Positions 54,103-64,000 of a DNA stretch of 64,000 nucleotides are shown here, piece after piece. Position 1 is the first letter of the stretch. The number at the start of each line of letters is the position of its first letter. The stretch covers positions 22,400 to 86,399 of the forward strand of contig NMRA01000967.1 in assembly GCA_002633005.1 (NCBI GenBank), read 5' to 3'. The notes under the pieces were generated by a model. That model was not told the origin of the DNA. It saw nothing but the letters and a program-made list of their open reading frames with translations, and did no database searches. Position numbers and translations under genes: made by a program. Source of the stretch: Phoronis australis. Its lineage: Eukaryota; Animalia; Phoronida.

Positions 54103-56525
54103 GTTTTTATTCGCCCGCATATTTATATGTGAGTGTTTGTCATCTCTGCCTGCCCGGTTGTCGGGCGTCCGGGATACGGCGTCCACAGCTGTATCTCTTA
54201 AATCCTGACAGGATCTTGATGAGATGTAGCAGATGTGCTTCTATAAGGCTGACGACAGTTGACAAAGAATTTCAGACGGATCCGCCAACCGGTGGCATTT
54301 TTTTCCGTTTATCTCTGTTTCTTCAAAGGTCATCGGATTTTCATCAAACTTGACTCATGGGCCAATGAGATGGCAAATTTTACTGCCCTCGAGTATATTT
54401 TTGGCGCCTACCCCTCCATCAATCAAACCACTCTAAGGATGATTGTGAAAATTGGCATATATGTTCTTACTGTGTAGAAGGCAGCGGACAACGGCTTTCC
54501 GACGACTTCGACTACCGTGACACCTCCTAGTGGCATTTTCCTTTGATTTTGCGCCCAGCCCATGGCTCTGCAAGATCTTTGTTAAATTTAGCAAGTATCC
54601 TTATTATGCGCCCACATATTTATATGTGGACGCATTATGCCGTCATCTCCGTTCGTCCGTCCGTCCGTCCGTCCGGGCGGCGTCCGTCCGGCGTCCGGCG
54701 TCCGCTGCTTTATATCCAAAACCCTTTGACATACGTTCATGAAATTTGGCACATATGTTCCATTCATGAATGGGACGGCATGTGCGAACTTTCGGACGGA
54801 TCAGACTACTGGTGTGCCCCCTAGTGGCAATTTTAGTTTTTTACGCTTACCTTTGTATCTTCAAAAGTCCTGAAAGGATTTTCATGAAATTTGGTATGTA
54901 GGTACCTATTAGTGAGATGACGCTATCCTCCCGATTTCAGATGGATTCGACATAGTTTGCGCCACCTAGTGGCCATTTTTAGTGTTTTCGAGTCTGTTTT
55001 TGTGCGTCCACCCCTCTATCAACCAAACCGCTCAAAGGATGATTGTGAAAATTGGCATGTATATGCTTACTATGTAGAGGATGGTTGACGATGATTTTCC
55101 GACGATTTCGACTACTGTGGCGCCTCCTAGTGGCAGTTTTGTTTTTTTGCGCCTATGGCTGTATCTCCTAAACCGTTCGCAGGATCTTTACAAATTGTGT
55201 AAGTATATTTATATGATGTTAACAACGGAAGATGACGACTTTTGGTCGGATCCGACTACCGGTGTGCCCCCTAGTGGCAATTTTAGTTTTTTACGCTTAC
55301 CTTTGTATCTTCAAAAGTATTGAACGGATTTTCATGAAATTTGGTATATAGGCACCTATTAGTGAGATGACGCTATCCTACTGTTTTCAGATGGATTCGA
55401 CGTAGTTTGCGCCACCTAGTGGCCATTTTTACTGTTTTCGAGTCTGTATTTTTGCGTCCACCCCTCTATCAACCAAACCGCTCAAAGGATGATTGTGAAA
55501 ATTGGCGTGTATGTGCTTACTATAAGGAAGACAGCTGACAATGATTTTCAGACGATTTGGACTACTGTGGCGCCTCCTAGTGGCAGTTTTGTTTTTTTGC
55601 GCCCATGGCTGTATCTCCCAAACCGTTTGCAGGATCTTTACTAAATTTAGCAAGTGTATTTATGTGATGTTGACAACGGACGATGACGACTTTAGGATGA
55701 TTCTGATTACCGGTATGCCTCTAGTGGCAATTTTAGTATTTGCCTCTAGTGGCAATTTTAGTATTTTACATTGACCTCTGTATTTTCATAGGTCTTCAGG
55801 TGTATACTTTGTGTTTCTTCGTGATTATGAAGGAAAAGTTCCAAGTAGAAATTTGTTTCTGGCATTCTAATGCTGTGCTAATCTCGTATGTTGGTAAATT
55901 TGTTTTTAATTCTATGTTTCTGAGGTGCTTTAAGCAACTGATGTATAGGATGTGCTTGTATTATGAAGATCACTCACATTTTGCCCCTAGCCTATTGAGG
56001 AGACAATGACCATCCCTTTCCATTTTGCAAAGTACAACATACTACATATATGCCCTCTACTGGCCACTTTATGGTACCAATAAACAACCCTAGAAGGATA
56101 CCGTATATGGTGCAATTGTGGGCGCATTTCAACGCTCTGCGTTGCTCTTGTATTAAGTTGACAACGGATGACAACGATTTCAGGACGGATTGGACTTCCG
56201 GTGTGCCTCCTAGTGGCAATTTAATTTTTTTAAGTTTACCTAAAGTATGTATATTCAAGGGTTCCTTGACGGATTTTCATAAAATTTGGCAGATAAGCAT
56301 AAATTAGTGAAATGATGCCTATCTTTCATTTCCGGATGGATTGGGAGTATTTTGCGGCACCTAGCGGCTATTTTTTACTGTTTTCGAGTCTTTTTGTCGT
56401 CCACCCTCTGTCAACCAAACCACTCTATGGATGATTTTTAAAATTTGCATACATGTTTTTACTGTAAAAAGGTCGGCTGACGGTCTCGTTCCGACGAAAT
56501 TGATTACTGTGGCGCTTCTTGGGAG
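54103..56525 (+). mobile_element. Divergent HINE-like outer element H7, 3' end lost, inserted in the macro-repeat
   Basis: 5' ttttattcgcccgcatatttatatgtg at a T-run of the macro-repeat unit; monomers resume after 56151. Confidence 0.75.
54601..56151 (+). mobile_element. Young complete HINE-like element H8 nested in H7
   Basis: 5' ttattatgcgcccac, (GTCC)n, 450-bp period (54811 vs 55261), cargo, 3' gtgggcgcatttcaacgctctgcgttgctcttgt. Confidence 0.9.
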
Positions 56526-59500
56526 CATATTGAAATATTTGATTTTGTTGTTTGTAAAATAAACGTTTTTGTCTATTTTCAAGCCATACCCATACCCCAA
56601 CGATGTGCTGCCACCCACGGATAACCAAAACAGGAGAAGGATTTAGAATGAAAATTATGAAGGTAAACTAACGTTGGTTGCTTTCATACTGCATTAACAT
56701 AAATTACTGTGGTTCGATACTTTGAAGGTTCTCAAGTCCAAATACCCATAACACGAGAAATGAAACTGTTTTTGAAAATGCCCTATCAGGTCCAAGGTTC
56801 TCTATTCCGACAGACAAGAAAGTTAGTGTTGTTTAATATCCCAAAATACTTTGTTCCAAATCGCCGTTCAGAACCTCATGTCATTGAATTTTGAACTTTT
56901 AGCTTTCACAGTTATGGGCTTTCGTACTTGCGTGTATTTGTGGACTTAAAAACCTTCGGAAAAATGAAAGCCGTGATTTCATACCTTCAGCAAACACATT
57001 TTCTCCCTTCTAGTTTTAAATTGAAGTCACGTAGGTTTTATTGCTTCTAAAGGCTTGGTTTCCTTTTAACCGTATTGTAGATTTAATAGCGACTTGGTCA
57101 TTCTTCGAACGGTGGACTTTGGCTGACTATTATACCATTGACGCTCGGACTTTAACGTCGAAAGCAGTGACAGTATACCCAAGGTAAGCCCGGACAACTA
57201 ACACGAATGTCACCAGTAATGTTCGTCTGAAACCATCTTTGTTTGATTTGAAAAAGCGAAGTTCAAAATTTACTCGCCAGTCATTCAACATCTGTCTTTA
57301 TTCATGGAACACTGTTTCACACCTGGTTTCAGGGCACAAAACTGTAAATTTAAGAAAAAAAAAAAACAAAAACAAAAGCATATTAATGTTAAAACAATGG
57401 TATCAATCACAAAGTGGAATTTCATTCGATGAAAATAAATGTTTCAGCAGTCATCACAGAAAAACAGTTAATATGATCATTTTATTTTCGCTTTTTGAAC
57501 GGTGTTTATTAAATCATGGTATTTGACATTTTACCTAAATCTGAACTGCTATTCTGATACGAATCTTCAAAGTTAGAGAAATTTGAACGTTATTTCAAAG
57601 GTAATACATGATCTGAACAACCATGGCCTCACCACTACTGAACGAGAACCAAAGATAATACTGAACCACCTACTCAAATGATACCGTAATTGGAAAGGTA
57701 AAAAAAAAATCTCTGAAGTTGCACCTTCCGTGAGGTCGCGCCCTGAGATGTTGTCTTACACGGTACACGAAGGACGATAGCGGTATGAAACTTTCGTTAT
57801 TGATAACATTTTGTCTGGCTGACACTTGCAGTTACTGTTGTCTACCTGTATCAACTTTGTGGTGTCCAAATCATTGTAACAGCGTTTAAGTGCTGTCTAA
57901 CATTGTTTGGATCCTTTCGAGAGGAGGCACTGGCACTTCCAAAAAGTAGTTTCAAACAGGAACGTACATACAAATTTCCGGACATTTTGCTAACTGTAAT
58001 AAATGAAAGTTCAAAATTGTAGCTTTCAAACTAATGGACTTTCGACCTAGTTTGGACCTTTGGATTTATGGATTTTTGGACTTACAAACCTTCGGACCAA
58101 TGAATAAGTGATTTCATACCTTCTGCTCACACTCTTTCTCACTTGTACTTTTCAATTCAGATCATAAGTTTTCATTGCTTCCAATGAGATGACTTTGTTT
58201 GAACATCATTGTAGGCTTTTAAGGAATTGACCTAATTTCGTCAAACCTCTGGACATTGGCTGACCAGTATACCATTGCCATGCGGGATCTGACGTCGCGA
58301 GCAGTGAGAGTGTACCAAAGGTGCCGCTGGACCACTCACAGGAATGACATCAGAGTCAAAAGGTATGGTGCCGTCCACCCCTAATTATCCTGGAAGTTAA
58401 ATGCTTCGACTGTCTGTGTTCTACGAGTCATCAAAACTGTACAGAAGCCTTGTTTGATTTGGAAAAGTCAAGTCATTCAGGCATCTATGTTATTCATATA
58501 CGTTGTATTACATCTAGTTTCAGGGCACAGTCCCTCAAAAACCGTAAAATTTAGCAAAAGGCAAAGCCACTTTAATGGTAAAACAATGATATCAATAACA
58601 AGATCGAATTTCATTTCATGAAAGTGTTCCAGAAGTGACCTCAGAACTCTATTAACGTTCTAAAATATGCTCTTCATTTTTGTTTTGTGAACTGTCTTTA
58701 AATCACAGTATTTGGAGGTGTTACATGAATCAGAACAGCTGTTTCTGAGATATAAACGTTCAAAGTTAGAGAAATGTAGACGTTTGTGCCAGGGTCTTAT
58801 AGGATCTGAGCAAGCAGGACACTGACCTTACCACCACTGGCACAGAATAATGAGATGTCGTTGAACCACCAACACAAAATGATACCATAATCGGAAACGT
58901 AAAAAATCTCTTAAGTTGCACTCTCCCTTAGGCTGCATCATGAGATGCTGCCCTAAAAGATACATGAAGGACGATAGAGGTGTGTAACTCGTTATTGACA
59001 ACATTTTGGTCTGACTGACACTTGTGACAACTTTGCGGTGTCTTGATCATTGTAACAGCTTTAAAGTGATAACGGTATTTTACTTGTACTCTGGCTTGTA
59101 CTCAAGTTTTAGGGTTTGGTTCGTGATGACGCACATGTACTTTAAATGGATACACCTCTTTAGGCACCAAATCTATCACCATTCGCTTTCACTTGTCGTT
59201 TGTTACTTGTCTTGCTGGTACATTCGTATTGACGATAACACATTTTCTAATTTTGACTAACATTTGCACTAACATACTAACACATACCCTAACACACTAA
59301 AAACAGCATGACTGAATCCAAATGACGATCCTGGTGACGGAGTGCATGCTGAATTCTGTTAACTGAGTTCCTCTGCAGATACCATAACCAGGTGGAGCTG
59401 AGCAGTGGTTCCCTTGATCGATTGCACCCGTGGCATGGAGAAGGATTTTTCAATTACATTGATTATTCAAGTATCAAATGGAAAACAACAATTGATTTCT

Positions 59501-61736
59501 CATTTGTTTGTAAATTTTATTATTCCACGGTTTTGTTTAGTTACTTGCTATACTCACACAACAACGATAGGTTGCGACCCCTGGATTACCAAGACGGAAG
59601 AAGGAGAATGGAAGAAGAAGAATGACAAACGAAGACTAAAATTAAGAATGTAATATAATTTTGCTTGCAATTCATACTGAATTGGTATAAATAGGGTAGA
59701 GCTGTATACTATGAAGGTTCACAAGTCTAAAGGCAAATGATCTGACAATTGAATATATTTCTAAAAGAGCCCTTTAACCCCAAGGGTTCACAAATCCGAC
59801 AAAAAGAATAGTTAGTTAGTTCGAAACTAGTCCGAAGGTCTAATATACCTGAAACCTGTTACTTAGCCATCGACAATAAGCAGCAAGATTGTAGTGGTGG
59901 TGAACAAATATTTGAAAATGTAACTAAATGCAACATCTCTGCACATTGCCGAATATTGTTTTGATCCTTCCGACAGGTTCTCAGGGTTCCATAAAGTAGT
60001 TTCAAATAGGCACATGCATATAAAAACCCGAACCTTCTTCTCCAAACAACTTTTCAAAATCTTGATACATGAAAGTTCTAACTTTTAGCTTCGGACTGGT
60101 GCGGACTTTCGAATTTATAGATTTTTGGACGTTTAAGCTTTCAGAATAATGAATAACTTGAATTCACACCTTCTGCTCACACTCTTTCTCACTCGTAGAT
60201 TTCAATTCAGATCATACGATTTATTGCCTCCAAGGGGTTGACTTCGTTTGAATTTTATTGTAGGTTTTTAGAGACTTCGCCAAATTTCTTCGAACCAATG
60301 GACTGACTAATATACCGCTAGCATGCGGCATGCGGTATTTGACATCGCGAACAGTGGGATGAAACCACAGGACCACTTACACGAATGACACCACAGCCAA
60401 AAAGTATGGTGCCATTAAGCTGTAAACATCCTGGAAGTTACATGCTTTGACCGTAAGTGCATTCCAGGACCCATCAATTCACACCTGGTTTCAGGGCACG
60501 ATAAATTATTTCTCAAAAACCGTAAAATTTAGCTTAGGACAAAAAGCACACTAATGGTAAAACAATGGCATCAATAACAGGATCGAATTTAATTAATGAA
60601 GATGTTCCAGAAGTCATCTCAGAACTTTGTTAAAGTTGTAAAATATGCTCCTATCATTTTCGTTTTCTGAACCGTGTTTAAATCAATTTATTTGAAAGTT
60701 TTACATCAATGTGAACTGTCATTTCTGAGACATTATTTGTAGGGTCTTACAGGCTTCCAACAACAAAGACCATGGCCTTGCCACCACTGGCAGTGAACCA
60801 AAGATGTTGCTGAACCACGAACACAAAATAACACCAGAGTGGAAAAGGTAAAAACGTCTCGCATGCTGCTTCTTCCGTGAGGGTGCGCGCCATGAATTGT
60901 TGCGTACCCATTCATGAAAGACTACAGTGGTGTACAGCTTTTATTATTAATAATATTTTTGTCTGGTGGCACTTGCAGTTACAGTTCTCCAGCTATGACA
61001 ATTGTATGGTGTCCGGGTCGCGTCGTTGTAAAATATTTTAAGTTTTGGCTGTATTTTACTTGTACTCTGGTTGTTCTCAGGTTTTAGTGTTTGGTTCGTG
61101 AAGACGCACATGTACTTTAAATGGATACACCATTTGCTTGCACCACACGTTCGTTAAATGTCTTGCTCGTGTATTCGCGTTGACGCTGATGCTCTTTCTA
61201 ATCCAGACTAACAATTACACTAACCTACTGACACAAGCCCAAACGTACCCAGAAAGACAGCATGAATAAATCCAAATAACATAAAATGTCACAAAAATTG
61301 TTAATACGTCTACTGACTCGCCATACCCACGCAACAACTATACGCTGCAACCCACGGATAACCAAAACGGAAGAAGAAGTATGGAAGAAGAAAATTCACA
61401 GCCGAATACTAAAGGTAAGAAGGAAATCTACTGTTGCTTGCGAATCATAATGCATTGGTATAAATAGGAAAGAGCTCGATACTCCGAAGGTGTACAAGTT
61501 AGAAGGCAAATTATGCGACAAATGAAAACGTTTTCAAAAGGACCTTGAGTCCGAAGGTTCACAAATCCAACAAAAAGAAGGTCTAGTTGAAACTATTGAC
61601 GAGGTCTGACAACAAAGCAGCAAAATTTTACTGGCTGCATTCCAAAATTTGATAATGTAACTAAATGTAGCAGCTCAGTAAGCATTGACGAAATTTGTTT
61701 GGATCCCATTGAGGAGCACTGGCTCTTCGAATCACT

Positions 61737-62150
61737 AGTTTCAAACGGCACGTGTATAGAAACTAACCCCAATATTTTTCACGAAATCACTTTTCAGAAC
61801 CGCGTGTCCTGAAAGATATAACGTTTACTTTTGAAAATGATAGTTTCCGGACTTCAGTAGACATGTAGATTTATGGATTCTTGGTCTAGCTAACCTTGAA
61901 ACCGAGGAATACCGTGATTTCATACCTTCGGCCCAAACACCTTNGTTTCAAACGGCACGTGTATAGAAACTAACCCCAATATTTTTCACGAAATCACTTT
62001 TCAGAACCGCGTGTCCTGAAGGATCGAACGTATACTTTTAAAAATGATAGTTTTCGGACTTCAGTAGATATGCAGATTTATGGATTCTTGGTCTAGCTAA
62101 CCTTGAAACCGAGGAATACCGTGATTTCGTACCTTCGGCCCAAACACCTT
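61737..62150. repeat. ~205-bp duplication across the single N at 61944 (assembly overlap)
   Basis: gtttcaaacggcacgtgtatagaaac...ggcccaaacacctt present twice, near-identical. Confidence 0.9.
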
Positions 62151-64000
62151 CTCACTTGTAGATTTCAATTCAGGTCGTATTGCTTTATCAGTTTCAAGGG
62201 GTTCATTTTTAGTGACTTGTCCCAGTGTCCAACAACCGGACTTTGGCTGACTAATATAGCATCCACGTGTGATAACTGAAGTTGCCAGCAGTGACAGTAT
62301 ATCAAATGTGTTGCAGGACCACTATGACGAAAGACATCAGAGTCAAACGGTGTAGTGCAGTTCATCTATAAAGGTCCTCGACGTGTGTACTCCTATGTGC
62401 AACTTGTTTGATTCGGAAAAAATGAAGTGAAAATTGTATTCGCTACTCATTCAGGCACCGTCTTTATTCATGTACACTGTTTCATACCTGGTTCCAGGGC
62501 ACAACCTCTAAAAACTGCAAAATTTAGCAAAAGAAAAGAGCACATTATTAGTAAAACAACAGTGTCAATTACAATGTCGAATTTCATTTGATAAAAATAT
62601 TTCAGAAGTGGTATCAGAAACACTGTTAAAAATCTAAAATATGATCATTTCATTTTCGTTTTGTGAACGACGTTTAAATAATAGTATTTGAATGTTTCAC
62701 ATAAATCTGAAGAGCTATTTCTGAGAAATGTACTTAATACTTCTTTTAGGGTTATACAGGATCTGAACAAGCAGGATCCACCACTGGCAACAAACCAAAC
62801 ATGTCGCTGAGCCACTAACACAAAAAGACACCATAGTCAGAAAGGTAACAAAAGCCCGGAAGTTGCCTCTTGCGTCAGGCCACATGCCATGAGGTGCTGT
62901 CTTACCCGATGCATGAAGCACGATAGGGGTAACTGTCGTTATTGATAACACTTTGGTCTAAACCTGTTACCACTGTTTGATCTCCATTTTGTTGTAATAG
63001 ACTTCAAGTGTTGCCTGCATTTTGTGCCTTTGTTTCTACTAGTGTAGTAATGCTTAGGCCGTGATGACGCACATTAACTCTAATGAATAGATTTACCCAT
63101 TTCTCAATTGTATTTACAATTCGCTTGGACTAGACGTTTGTTATTTTTCTTGCTTGTGCTTTCACGTTGACGCTAACGCACTTTCTAATCCCGCCCAACA
63201 ATTGCCCTAACATACCAGGAAAGACGGAATGAATTAATCCAAAGGACGTTCAAGGTCACAAAATACTGTTGAATGGTGTTACTTGAATTCCTCTGGAGAT
63301 GCCACAACCAGATGGAGATGAACAATGGTTCCTGTGACCGATTTCTGTCGGCGTAGAGACAAGGATTTTTCAATTGATCTCCATATGGCAAATTGAAAAC
63401 GGTTGAGTTGTCGATTTTTTGAAAAGTTCATTAATACAGGTTTTTGCCTATTTACGCGGTATAACAATACCTCAAAGATACGCTGTGAACCTCGGATAAC
63501 CAAAACGGAAGGATTTAAGACGAAAATTATGTAGGTGAACTAACGTTGTTTCCGTTCAATATATTTTGGATGCAGCCCGGCACTCTGAAGGTTCTCAAGT
63601 CCTGACATCCAATGATACGGAAAAAGTAATGTTCTTAAAAAGACCCTATTTGGCCAAGTGTTTACAACTCCGACAGAAAAGAAATCTAGTTAGATCAAAA
63701 CTGGTTTCCAGATTTGTGATACCAGAAACCTCAACAGCAGCGGAATAGCAAAACTTTAGTGGCGGTAACCACGTTGTTTGCCTCCTTTCCAGAGGCACAG
63801 GCTCTTCGAAGAACTAGTGTCAAACAGGCATGTGCTTCCAAATTCCTGAATATTTTGCTCGAAATCGCCGTTCGGAACCTCGTGTCATGAAAGTTTGAAC
63901 TTTTAGCTTTCGAACTAATGGGGCTTAGGACTTGTGTTGATCTTCGAATTTGAAGACTTAAAAACCGTGAATTTATACCTTAGGTCATACCTTTTCTCAT

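Larger units (their letters stand above)
51802..64000. repeat. Degenerate tandem macro-repeat, full unit ~2 kb, about 7 partial or complete copies, runs off the window end
   Basis: Anchor ttttac.taaatctgaac.gctatttctga at ~51918, 53468, 54043, 57529, 58721, 60699, 62695; ggat(a/t)accaa.ac at ~53144, 56619, 59583, 61356, 63494; t(t/c)cagggcac at ~53848, 57328, 58519, 60490, 62493. Confidence 0.85.

Noticed and set aside
54811-55760. Regularly spaced cctagtggc motifs resembling a CRISPR array
   Set aside because: The intervening sequences are homologous to each other (tandem monomers), the context is eukaryotic and no cas genes are present

Overview
Eukaryotic (animal, probably marine invertebrate; taxon is inference) genomic scaffold, AT-rich, with GT-AG spliced genes. 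Three genes can be read by hand. (1) A complete 3-exon HINT1-like histidine triad gene (+, 3317-17044, 122 aa). (2) A complete 9-exon gene for a ~776-aa protein with two cyclic-nucleotide-binding domains (CNBD2-like; +, 28052-41259). (3) The 3' end of a FEZ1/FEZ2/UNC-76 gene (-, 45491-50988), whose most upstream visible exon is cut abruptly by a repeat. The dominant repeat is a family of non-autonomous Helentron-like elements (HINE/DINE-1 architecture; 8 copies or fragments) built from ~150-bp monomers arranged in a 450-bp higher-order repeat. Two near-identical young copies carrying ~200 bp of extra cargo are each nested at the same monomer position inside older, divergent relatives. From ~51.8 kb to the window end lies a degenerate ~2-kb-unit tandem macro-repeat. 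There is also a decayed L1/Tx1-type LINE fragment, many MITEs, and three N-associated duplications that look like uncollapsed haplotypes. All alignments and coordinates were done by eye; no database search was run.
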